DNA of 64,000 bases from an uncultured Spirochaetaceae bacterium. GTDB lineage: Bacteria > Spirochaetota > Spirochaetia > DSM-27196 > SLST01. The notes beneath the pieces were generated by a model. That model was not told the DNA's origin. It did no database searches and saw nothing but the letters and a program-made list of their open reading frames with translations. The position numbers and the translations under genes are program-made. Positions 17,570 through 25,405 of this stretch are shown here, piece after piece. The stretch spans positions 32,356-96,355 of the forward strand of contig CAZICD010000002.1 in assembly GCA_964537725.1 (NCBI GenBank), given 5' to 3'. The number at the start of each line of letters is the position of its first letter. Position 1 is the first letter of the stretch.

Positions 17570-17949
17570 CGGGCCTCGCGGTATCCGGCCCAGGCGTTCT
17601 CGTTTTCCCAGATTCTGATTTCGAGCGGCTCCTCCGGGGCCGCGCCGCGCGCGTCGAGCCCCTCGCGGATGCGCTCGACGAGGTAGACCGCGAGGTTCTC
17701 CAGGCTCGGCTGGCGGTCCGCGAACCACCGAAGGTCGTTCAGCAGCACGTCGTCGATCGATCCGAGGACCTCCTCGAGCACGGCCTCCATCGCAGCGATG
17801 TCGGTAGAGAACCCGTTCGCGTCGAGCGCGGCCGTACGCGCCACGAGCTCGACCCGGTAGGGATGCGAATGCGGTGTCGATTCGTCGCCGAAGTCGCCGA
17901 CGAGATAGTGCCTTGCCCGCAGCGGGCGAAGGACTCCTGCGGTGAACAC
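17566..17949 (-). CDS. 6-pyruvoyl-tetrahydropterin synthase / QueD family protein
   Basis: 127 aa, with a His-rich metal site HSHPYRVEL and an overall T-fold-size protein (RARHYLVGDFGDESTPHSHPYRVELV...). Confidence 0.8.
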   Translation of the reverse strand: MFTAGVLRPLRARHYLVGDFGDESTPHSHPYRVELVARTAALDANGFSTDIAAMEAVLEEVLGSIDDVLLNDLRWFADRQPSLENLAVYLVERIREGLDARGAAPEEPLEIRIWENENAWAGYREAR

Positions 17950-17957
17950 GAAACCTC

Positions 17958-18974
17958 CTACGGAACGAGGACGGCCTGCATCAGATCATCAGGCTCCTCG
18001 TCGATAAGATCGTACGCGCGCGCCGCATCGTCCAGCGCGAACCGATGGGTGATCAGCGCGCCCGGGTGCAATTCGCGCACGAGCCGCCAGACGAGCGCCG
18101 TCCTTCGGTCGCGTGACCATCGTGGCTGCATGGCCGGATTGAGGCTGGAGACCTGACTGCTTCGAATCGTGAGGCGGCGACGGTGAAACGCCGCTCCCAG
18201 CGAGAGCTCCGCGGTCTTCTCACCGTACCACGACGCCTCGACGACGGTGCCTTCGGTCTCGAGCGAGTCGATCGCGAGCTGGAGCGCCTGCGCCGACGAG
18301 CTTACGTTGATGGCGAGGTCGAACCGGTCGGGCCGGGTGCGGCTCGCGAGCGAGGCGGCCGCGGATGAGTCGGTGGGATCGACGGTCGCTACACCCGACC
18401 GCTCTGCCCGCCGACGTCTGCTCTCCACCGGCTCGACGGCGACGACCTCGACGGGAAACCGCGCGAGCAGCATCGTCACGAGGAGTCCGACCACGCCGAG
18501 ACCGCACACCAGAACCCGCTCCCCGAAGGCGGGCGCCGCGTCGTGCACGATCTGGAGCGCGGTTTCGACCGACGGATAGAGCACCGCGTCGTCGGGTCCT
18601 ATGTCGTCGGGCACCGGCAGAAGCGACGACGGGTCTGCCGCGAACACGTCGCGGTGCGGTTCGAAGGCGAACACGCGGCTTCCGTCGTCCAGCTCGCCCA
18701 CGTTCATGTACCCGTACTCGATGGGGTAGCCGGCGGAGCCGCCGACGGTGGGGCGCTCCTCGAGCAGGTGGCCGCTCGGGAAGGGGCCGCGGTAGAAGAG
18801 CCGCTCGGTCCCGTGACTGATGCCGATGAGCCGTGAGCGTACGACGACCTGCTCGTCGGTCCGGCTCACCGGCCGGCTTCGGACGCTCACGACGCCCGGG
18901 GATTCAAAGACGACCGTGCGCGCGGTGAGGTCATTCGTGGGCAAAGTCGATCTCCCAGACGATGTCGTCGCCAA
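17958..18974 (-). CDS. MDR-superfamily dehydrogenase, BchC-like, without the catalytic-zinc Cys pattern
   Basis: GISHGTERLF replaces the usual GICGSDxH. YPIEYGYMNVGEL follows, and the Rossmann motif is VLVCGLGVVGLLV. The start is TTG 18974 or TTG 18944. Either one overlaps the 3' end of the upstream reductase gene. Confidence 0.75.
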   Translation of the reverse strand: MATTSSGRSTLPTNDLTARTVVFESPGVVSVRSRPVSRTDEQVVVRSRLIGISHGTERLFYRGPFPSGHLLEERPTVGGSAGYPIEYGYMNVGELDDGSRVFAFEPHRDVFAADPSSLLPVPDDIGPDDAVLYPSVETALQIVHDAAPAFGERVLVCGLGVVGLLVTMLLARFPVEVVAVEPVESRRRRAERSGVATVDPTDSSAAASLASRTRPDRFDLAINVSSSAQALQLAIDSLETEGTVVEASWYGEKTAELSLGAAFHRRRLTIRSSQVSSLNPAMQPRWSRDRRTALVWRLVRELHPGALITHRFALDDAARAYDLIDEEPDDLMQAVLVP

Positions 18975-19608
18975 GCTGTCGCACCCGCCGTGTCGTGCCC
19001 CGCTGCGCCCCAGAGAGCTCCTCGATCCCCAAATCCCCGACGGCGTCGGTACCGCTGCCGACGACCATGGGGGCGCACACGAGCACGAGGCGGTCGACCA
19101 GGCGGGCGCGATAGAAGCTCGTCAGAACGGCCGACCCGCCTTCCACGAGCAGCGACGCGCATCCGAGTGCGCGCAGGTGCTCGAGGACGGCGCGCAGGTC
19201 GAGCCCTCCGTCGGTGGCCGGAACCGCGACGAGCTCGACCCCGGCCACCGTCAGCGCGTGGGCCCGCTGCGTGCACGCAGGGTCGGTGGCCGACTCTGCG
19301 TGGAATACGGATGTGGCGACCCCGCCCGCCTGCGCGACGACGTGCGCGGTGGGCGGGATGCGGAGCATTGAATCGAGCACGCAGCGATGGGGATCGCGGC
19401 CACCCTCGACCCGACACGTGAGGCGCGGGTCGTCGGCGATCACCGTGCCCGCGCCCACGAGGATCGCGTCGTGATCCCGGCGCAACTCGTGGGCCAGACG
19501 CAGCGTCTGCTCGCCGGAGATCCACTGCGACTGGCCGGTCGAGGTGGCGATCCGTCCGTCGAGGCTCTGTGCGTAGGTGAGGGTCACCCGTGGTCGCCGG
19601 TTGCTCAC
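18931..19608 (-). CDS. RibD C-terminal-domain reductase (diaminohydroxyphosphoribosylaminopyrimidine reductase-like); no deaminase domain
   Basis: RPRVTLTYAQSLDGRIA...ILVGAGTVIADDPRLT...LLVEGGSAVLTSF is a typical RibD_C/DHFR-like fold. Start taken at GTG 19608 (MSNRRPRVTL...). The 355-aa track ORF upstream part is Arg/Pro-rich shadow sequence. Confidence 0.8.
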   Translation of the reverse strand: MSNRRPRVTLTYAQSLDGRIATSTGQSQWISGEQTLRLAHELRRDHDAILVGAGTVIADDPRLTCRVEGGRDPHRCVLDSMLRIPPTAHVVAQAGGVATSVFHAESATDPACTQRAHALTVAGVELVAVPATDGGLDLRAVLEHLRALGCASLLVEGGSAVLTSFYRARLVDRLVLVCAPMVVGSGTDAVGDLGIEELSGAQRGTTRRVRQLGDDIVWEIDFAHE

Positions 19609-19712
19609 GGAGAAGAGTATACTAAACAAGTCGCGACGCGGCCTCGAAGGGCCGTAGTGGCGCCCTGGAAACGAGTTGCGCTTCCCCTGCGGGAACGGAG
19701 AAAGGGTTTGAA

Positions 19713-20426
19713 ATGGCCGATGTACGTACGAGAATCGAGAACGATCGGGAACGACTGCGATCGAAACTGCGGGCTGAGCCGAGCTTCCTGGCCGAGGACT
19801 TCTCCGCGCCGAAGACGGGCGACCCGCGCCCGGACAAGCCGCCACACGTTCACCTCGTCGCGTCGGCGGATCTGCCGACGCGCCGCGGCGATTTCCGCGT
19901 GTTCGGCTTCTACGACGAACGAGACCAGAAGGAGCACACGGCGCTCGTGCGCGGTGACGTATCGGGGAAGAGCGACGTTCCCGTGCGGGTGCACTCACAG
20001 TGCCATACCGGAGACGTATGGGGAAGCCTGCGGTGTGACTGCCGCGACCAGCTCGAGGCTGCCATCGAGTACATCGCCGACGCGGAGTACGGTGCGGTCG
20101 TCTACATGAAGCAGGAGGGGCGTGGCATCGGCCTGCTCAACAAGATCAAGGCGTACCAGCTCCAGGACCTCGGTCTGAACACGATCGAAGCGAACCACTA
20201 CCTGGGATACCCGGCGGAGGCGCGCGACTACGCGGTCGCCGCGAAGATCATCGAGCTCCTGGGGATCAAATCGATCGCGCTCCTGAGCAACAACCCGGAC
20301 AAGATCGCGAAGCTCGAGGCGGAGGGGGTGTCGATCACCCGCCGGATCCCGGTCGTTATCCCGTCCAACGAGCACAACGAGGGATACCTCGCCACCAAGC
20401 GCGCGGAGATGGGGCACCTGATCTAG
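19713..20426 (+). CDS. ribA: GTP cyclohydrolase II, monofunctional with no DHBP-synthase domain, and with an N-terminal extension of about 45 aa
   Basis: RVHSQCHTGDVWGSLRCDCRDQL (zinc Cys triad region), QEGRGIGLLNKIKAY and LLSNNPDK are all present. Confidence 0.9.
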   Translation: MADVRTRIENDRERLRSKLRAEPSFLAEDFSAPKTGDPRPDKPPHVHLVASADLPTRRGDFRVFGFYDERDQKEHTALVRGDVSGKSDVPVRVHSQCHTGDVWGSLRCDCRDQLEAAIEYIADAEYGAVVYMKQEGRGIGLLNKIKAYQLQDLGLNTIEANHYLGYPAEARDYAVAAKIIELLGIKSIALLSNNPDKIAKLEAEGVSITRRIPVVIPSNEHNEGYLATKRAEMGHLI

Positions 20427-20435
20427 CGGCGTCGA

Positions 20436-21659
20436 CTACGACAGCGCTCGCCGGATTCGCGTGAGCGCTTCCTCGACCTGCTCGCGGTGGTTGAACGCTG
20501 AGATGCGGACGTAGCCCTCGCCTCCGGCTCCGAAGCCGGCCCCCGGCGTAATCACGACCCCCGCCTTCCTGAGCACCGAATCGAAGAAGCTCCACGAGTC
20601 CGTGCCGGTCCGGATCCACACGTACGGGCTGTTCTCACCTCCGGTACACGAGTATCCGAGATCGGTCATGGTCCGGCGGATCAGCGATGCGTTGGCGAGG
20701 TAGTAGTCCGAGAGCTCGCGGACCTCGCGCCGACCTTCGGCGGTGAAGACCGCCGCCGCCGCGCGCTGCACCGGATACGAGACACCGTTGAACTTCGTCG
20801 ACTGCCGGCGGTTCCAGAGGTCCCAGACCGGCTGCGGGGCGCCTTCCGCGTCGGCCGCTCGAAGCTCCTTCGGCACGATCGTGTAGGCCAGGCGGGTACC
20901 GGTGAAGCCGGCCGTCTTGGAGAGGCTTCGGAACTCCACGGCGACCTCGCGCGCGCCTTCGACCTCGTAGATCGAATGCGGCAGCGAGTCGTCACGGATG
21001 AACGCCTCGTAGGCCGCGTCGAAGAGGATGAGCGCACGATGCTCCCGTGCGTAGGCGACCCACTCCGCCAGTTGCTCTTTCGTCGCCACCGCGCCTGTGG
21101 GGTTGTTGGGGAAGCAGAGGTAGACCAGGTCGACCTGCTCGTCGGGCGGAGGAGGGACAAAGCCGTTCTCCTCGGTGCCGCGGAGGTAGCGAAGACCTTC
21201 GTAGGCCCCGTCTCGGAAGACCCCCGTGCGACCGGCCATTACGTTCGTGTCGACGTAGACCGGGTAGACGGGGTCGGGCACCGCCACCGTCGAATCGGCG
21301 GCGAAGAGCTCCTGGAAGTTGCCCGTGTCGCACTTGGCGCCGTCGCTCACGAAGATCTCGTCGGCGGAGATCCCGCAGCCGCGCGGTGCGAAATCGCTCT
21401 GCGCGATCGCCTCGCGAAGGAACGCGTAGCCCTGCTCGGGGCCGTATCCGCGGAACGTCTCGTCAGAGCCCTGCTCGTCGACGCCTTCGTGGAAGGCGGC
21501 TATCACGCTCTGCGGCAATGCGCGCGTAACGTCGCCGATGCCGAGCTTGATGACCCGCGTGTCCGGATTGTCCTGCTGGAAGTCGGCGACCCGTCGCCCG
21601 ATCTCCACGAAGAGATACGACTTCGCGAGCTTCCGGTAGTTATCGTTGATTCTGATCAT
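20436..21659 (-). CDS. dapL: LL-diaminopimelate aminotransferase
   Basis: N-terminus [20 protein letters not shown]...IKLGIGDVT and the PLP-Lys region [10 protein letters not shown] match the DapL pattern. Start at ATG 21659, preceded by AGGAG. Confidence 0.85.
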   Translation of the reverse strand: MIRINDNYRKLAKSYLFVEIGRRVADFQQDNPDTRVIKLGIGDVTRALPQSVIAAFHEGVDEQGSDETFRGYGPEQGYAFLREAIAQSDFAPRGCGISADEIFVSDGAKCDTGNFQELFAADSTVAVPDPVYPVYVDTNVMAGRTGVFRDGAYEGLRYLRGTEENGFVPPPPDEQVDLVYLCFPNNPTGAVATKEQLAEWVAYAREHRALILFDAAYEAFIRDDSLPHSIYEVEGAREVAVEFRSLSKTAGFTGTRLAYTIVPKELRAADAEGAPQPVWDLWNRRQSTKFNGVSYPVQRAAAAVFTAEGRREVRELSDYYLANASLIRRTMTDLGYSCTGGENSPYVWIRTGTDSWSFFDSVLRKAGVVITPGAGFGAGGEGYVRISAFNHREQVEEALTRIRRALS

Positions 21660-21669
21660 GGGCTCCTGC

Positions 21670-21697
21670 TTGTCACGTGTGCTGCGAACAGTATATT
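21670..21697 (+). promoter_or_regulatory. Candidate sigma70-type promoter for the GAF/fRMsr gene, placed for a leaderless mRNA
   Basis: TTGTCA-N16-TATATT. The -10 ends 8 nt before ATG 21706. A minus-strand TTGTCC-N18-TATACT (21690-21719) for dapL overlaps the same AT core. Confidence 0.4.
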
Positions 21698-21705
21698 TGC
21701 GGACT

Positions 21706-22203
21706 ATGGGTATGGACAATCGATTCGCCGAACTCGTCGGAGAAACGCAGCGGCTCGCGTCGCACGAGGACCCGGGCGGCGCGCTCGCCCGTATCTGCGC
21801 GTACCTGCTGCGCGAGGTGCCGCACTACGACTGGGTCGGCTACTACCTCGCGGTTCCCGACGAGAAGCTGTTGCTGCTCGGACCGTTCGAAGGCGCCCCC
21901 ACCGAGCACGTGCGCATCGCCTACGGGACCGGAATCTGCGGCCAGGCCGCCGAACGCGGCGACCGGTTCGTCGTGCCGGATGTCAGCGCGCAGGATAACT
22001 ACCTTGCGTGCAGCCTCGAGACCCGGGCGGAGGTTGTCCTCCCGGTTTACCACGAGGGCCGATTCGTCGGAGAGCTCGACATAGACTCGCACACCACCGA
22101 CCCCTTCACCGAGTTCGACGATCGCCTCCTCGACGAGGTCGTTCGGATCACCGCTCCGCTCGTCGCCGAGCTCGACGAGCCGGTCAGCCGCGGAGTGCGA
22201 TGA
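21706..22203 (+). CDS. GAF-domain protein of the free methionine-(R)-sulfoxide reductase (fRMsr/YebR) type
   Basis: YDWVGYYL...[24 protein letters not shown]...[15 protein letters not shown]...GELDIDS is the characteristic single-GAF fRMsr pattern. Confidence 0.8.
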   Translation: MGMDNRFAELVGETQRLASHEDPGGALARICAYLLREVPHYDWVGYYLAVPDEKLLLLGPFEGAPTEHVRIAYGTGICGQAAERGDRFVVPDVSAQDNYLACSLETRAEVVLPVYHEGRFVGELDIDSHTTDPFTEFDDRLLDEVVRITAPLVAELDEPVSRGVR

Positions 22204-23206
22204 ACAGCACGAGATAGACCGGCATCGCCACCAGGTAGGCGACGTAGGTCACGAGGAGCGTGACTGCCGTGTGCTCGGTGTTCACGCCCGCCTCGCCGAC
22301 CATGAGCGAGAAGTTCGTGGCCGGGGGCGTGTGCATCTCGAGAAAGAGTGCGAAGACCGCGACGGGCGCGAGCGACCGCAGGACGCCCGTCGCGTAGAGC
22401 GCGAAGAAGGCTCCGGGCAACAGAACGAAACGCACGCTCACCACCGACAGGGCGAGGCCCAGGTAGTGACCGAAGGCGCCCTTCGGCACTTCGAGCCCCC
22501 CGATGAGCGCGCCGAGGCTCACGAGCGCGAGCGGGAGCGTGATCGACGAGAGCCGGTCGATCGCGTCGAAGAGGTGCGCGACGGGCAGGTTCGGGTTCTC
22601 CGTGAGATCCGGGAGGCCGCTCAGCGACAGAACGACCCCGATGACGATACCGACCAGCGGCGGTGAGATGAGCTTCTGCCATCGGACCCTCTGGCGGCCC
22701 TCCTCCGGCGTCGTGATGATGAGATTGCCGACCGACCAGAGCAGCGGGCTGAACACGAAGAGATAGGCGGCGACGTGCACCGGCACGAGGTCGGGCGCGA
22801 ACGACTCGGCGATGATGGGGACCGAGACCGGCACGATCTCGCCGATCGTGAGCGGCATGTAGCCGGAATTGCCGAACGAGGCCATCGCGATGCCGGCGCG
22901 TCGGTTGGCGCCGGAGAAGGGCAAGAGCGCGAAGAGCCCGAAACTCAGCGCGAGGCCGAGCGCTACCATCGCCGCGCCGGCGAGCGGCATGATCGCGAGC
23001 TGGCCGAGGCCGGAGAGGTCCGTGCGTCCCACGCGCGCGACGAAGTAGAGCGGCAGCGCCACCCGGACGACGAATCGACTCAGCTCGGCAAAGAAGCGGT
23101 CCGACCAGTGACCGGTGCGCCGCACGACGAAACCGACGGCGATGAGCATGATCAGCTGCAGGACGGCGTAGAAGACAGGCAGGAGGTAGCTGGACATCCG
23201 GCCCAT
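22184..23206 (-). CDS. AEC (auxin efflux carrier / Mem_trans) family transporter
   Basis: About 10 hydrophobic helices in two halves. The N-terminus LLPVFYAVLQLIMLIAVGFVVRR is typical of the family. Confidence 0.8.
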   Translation of the reverse strand: MGRMSSYLLPVFYAVLQLIMLIAVGFVVRRTGHWSDRFFAELSRFVVRVALPLYFVARVGRTDLSGLGQLAIMPLAGAAMVALGLALSFGLFALLPFSGANRRAGIAMASFGNSGYMPLTIGEIVPVSVPIIAESFAPDLVPVHVAAYLFVFSPLLWSVGNLIITTPEEGRQRVRWQKLISPPLVGIVIGVVLSLSGLPDLTENPNLPVAHLFDAIDRLSSITLPLALVSLGALIGGLEVPKGAFGHYLGLALSVVSVRFVLLPGAFFALYATGVLRSLAPVAVFALFLEMHTPPATNFSLMVGEAGVNTEHTAVTLLVTYVAYLVAMPVYLVLFIALRG

Positions 23207-23224
23207 TATAGCGAGTGGTCCGTG

Positions 23225-23254
23225 TTGACAACAGAGATTGGGACTCCCTACTAT
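23225..23254 (+). promoter_or_regulatory. Candidate sigma70-type promoter for the secreted TPR-like protein gene
   Basis: TTGACA-N18-TACTAT, followed by GGAGGTGG (23263-23270) and ATG 23273. Confidence 0.45.
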
Positions 23255-23272
23255 GGCGGCTCGGAGGTGGAG

Positions 23273-24166
23273 ATGCGCACGAGGAACCTGGTGACACTGG
23301 TTATGATCGCGATTGCCGCGGTGAGCGTATCCGCGCTCGATCAGGATGCGGTCGATCGGGCCGACGAGCTCTACGAGGACGACCGGGCCGAGGCGGCCGT
23401 CGAGACGCTGGAGGGCGCGCTCTCAAGCGCCGGAAGCGGGCCAGAGCGGGCGGAGGTCTACTGGCGCCTCGCGCGCGCGACGCTCTCGGTCGGGGAGGCG
23501 CTCGAAGACGAGGGCGCCGCCGCGGACGAGGTCCTCCCGGTCTACGAGCAGGGCGAACAGTACGGTGTCGACGCCGTGGAGGCCGACCCGGAGAATCATC
23601 TGGGCTACTACTGGCAGAGCGCGAATATTGGGAAGTGGGGGCAGGTGAAGGGGATCGTCAACGCGCTCTTCAAGGCCGCGCCCATGCGCGACCTGCTCAA
23701 GCAGGCGATTACGCAGGAGCCCGACCACGCGGACAGCTACTACGTGCTCGGCCAGCTCTACGCGCAGGTGCCCGGCGTCATTTCGTTCGGCAACGACGAC
23801 TACGCGGTGAGTCTCGCGCGCAAGTCCGTCGACCTGCACGAGGCCGAGCTCGCCTCCGGTGAGACCGACGACGTCGAGCACGACTTCTACATCCAGCTCG
23901 CGAGTCATCTGATGGAGCGCGACTGGAACGGCCGCAAGCGCTCGCGAGAACACGACGCCAAGCGGGAAGCGTACCGGGCCACGAACGATCGTCTCGAGAA
24001 GGGCTGGTACTACGAGGGAACGGTCGAGATCCCGGATACGAGCGACCGCGACGAGGCGGAGAACCTGCTCGCGGACATGATCCGGCGGCTCGAGGCGATT
24101 TCCGACCGCACCGACGGTCAGGACCGACAGCTCGAGCGCGCCCTGGGACTGATGGCCGACCTCTAG
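23273..24166 (+). CDS. Secreted helical (TPR-like) protein of unknown function
   Basis: Signal-like N-terminus MRTRNLVTLVMIAIAAVSVSA. The rest is helical-repeat-like and rich in acidic residues. Start chosen from the promoter and SD context. The 463-aa track ORF upstream part is antisense to the AEC gene. Confidence 0.5.
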   Translation: MRTRNLVTLVMIAIAAVSVSALDQDAVDRADELYEDDRAEAAVETLEGALSSAGSGPERAEVYWRLARATLSVGEALEDEGAAADEVLPVYEQGEQYGVDAVEADPENHLGYYWQSANIGKWGQVKGIVNALFKAAPMRDLLKQAITQEPDHADSYYVLGQLYAQVPGVISFGNDDYAVSLARKSVDLHEAELASGETDDVEHDFYIQLASHLMERDWNGRKRSREHDAKREAYRATNDRLEKGWYYEGTVEIPDTSDRDEAENLLADMIRRLEAISDRTDGQDRQLERALGLMADL

Positions 24167-24182
24167 GGTCGGCCCGCCGCCC

Positions 24183-24227
24183 GGACCTCGGCAGGGGCCG
24201 AGGTCCTAGGTCGGCCCGCCGAGGTCC
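24183..24227. terminator. GC-rich hairpin(s) between convergent genes; candidate bidirectional terminator
   Basis: GGACCTCGGC (24183-24192) pairs with GCCGAGGTCC at 24197-24206. A second copy of GCCGAGGTCC lies at 24218-24227. No clear U-tract is present. Confidence 0.45.
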
Positions 24228-25405
24228 TACGACTCCGGCCCGTCTTCGTCGAGGAGCCGGGCCTTCTTCACGCGCAGCCCCTGCTGACGCAGGCGATAGA
24301 CCGCCTGCTCGAGCCTCATGCGCTTCTCGCCCGACTGGTCGAAGAGGTCCTGCTGTCCGTCGGCGGGGCCGCTCTCCACGTTGCCGAGGCCGCACCCGAT
24401 CAGCCGAACCGGCGTGATCCGGTCCCACTTCGAACGCAGCAGCTCGCGCGCGGTGCGGTAGAGTTCGTCGGCCGACGTGACCCCGTGGTCGAGTGTCCGC
24501 CGCATCGTAAACGTCGTGAAATCGCTGAGTCGGAGCTTCAGCGTGACCGTTCGCGAGTGTCCGCCCTCGTCCATCAGCCTGAACATGCACGTATGCGCGA
24601 TCTCGAGCAGCGCGCGCTCGATCGCGTCGCCACTCGTCACGTCGTTTTCGAAGGTGCGCTCGCCGCTGATCGAGTGACTCGACCGCGCCTCGCTGTAGAG
24701 CCCGGGGTCGATGCCTCGCGCGATCGCGTGAAGATAGTGAGCAGCGCCGGGCCCGAGCTCGACTGCGAGCTCCTCCTGCGTGTACTCGCGCAGCTGCGGC
24801 ACGGTCCCGATCCCGAGCGCGTGCAGCCGGGCGAGCATCTTCTTTCCCACGCCCCACATCGACTTCAGCGGGAGACGTGCGACAAAATCGGCCTCCTGCC
24901 CGGGCTTTACGACGTGGAAACCGTCGGGCTTGTCCACCTCGCTCGCGAGCTTTGCGAGATAGCGGCTCGGAGCGATTCCCACCGAGATAGTCAGCCCGGT
25001 CTCCTCACGCACGCGCGCCTTGATCGTGCGCCCGACGTCCTCCGGATCGCCGAGCAGGCGCCGCGTTCCGGTGAGGTCGAGAAACGCCTCGTCGACCGAC
25101 ATCTGCTGGAGCGTGGGCGTGTACTCGGAGAGGATCGCCATGATGTGGCTCGACACCTCCTGGTAGCGGCGCATCCTCACCGGCAGGTAGACGCCCTGCG
25201 GGCATAGCCGGTACGCCTGGCTGATCGGCATCGCGGAGTGGATTCCGAACGGCCGGGCCTCGTAGGAGCAGGCCGATACCACGCCACGGTGCCCCGGGGC
25301 GGCGCCCACGATCACCGGCTTGCCGCGGTACTCCGGGTTGTCGTGCTGCTCGACCGACGCGTAGAACGCGTCCATGTCCACGTGGACGAGTACCGGATGG
25401 CTCAC
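24227..25405 (-). CDS. dinB: DNA polymerase IV (Y-family)
   Basis: VLVHVDMDAFYASVEQ, VIVGAAPGHRGVVSACSYEARPFGIHS and SVDEAFLDLTG are present. GTG 25405 overlaps the upstream gene's stop (GTGA). The 1132-aa track ORF is a read-through artefact. Confidence 0.9.
   Translation of the reverse strand: MSHPVLVHVDMDAFYASVEQHDNPEYRGKPVIVGAAPGHRGVVSACSYEARPFGIHSAMPISQAYRLCPQGVYLPVRMRRYQEVSSHIMAILSEYTPTLQQMSVDEAFLDLTGTRRLLGDPEDVGRTIKARVREETGLTISVGIAPSRYLAKLASEVDKPDGFHVVKPGQEADFVARLPLKSMWGVGKKMLARLHALGIGTVPQLREYTQEELAVELGPGAAHYLHAIARGIDPGLYSEARSSHSISGERTFENDVTSGDAIERALLEIAHTCMFRLMDEGGHSRTVTLKLRLSDFTTFTMRRTLDHGVTSADELYRTARELLRSKWDRITPVRLIGCGLGNVESGPADGQQDLFDQSGEKRMRLEQAVYRLRQQGLRVKKARLLDEDGPES

Noticed and set aside
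19609-19712. Possible FMN (RFN) riboswitch in the ribA / RibD-reductase divergent spacer
   Set aside because: I looked on both strands for the conserved RFN cores (GGGTGAAATTCC-like and CCGACGGT-like segments) and did not see them. The spacer is only about 100 nt, and only short hairpins (CGGCC/GGCCG, TTCCC/GGGAA) and a TATACT box are present. A covariance-model scan would settle it.
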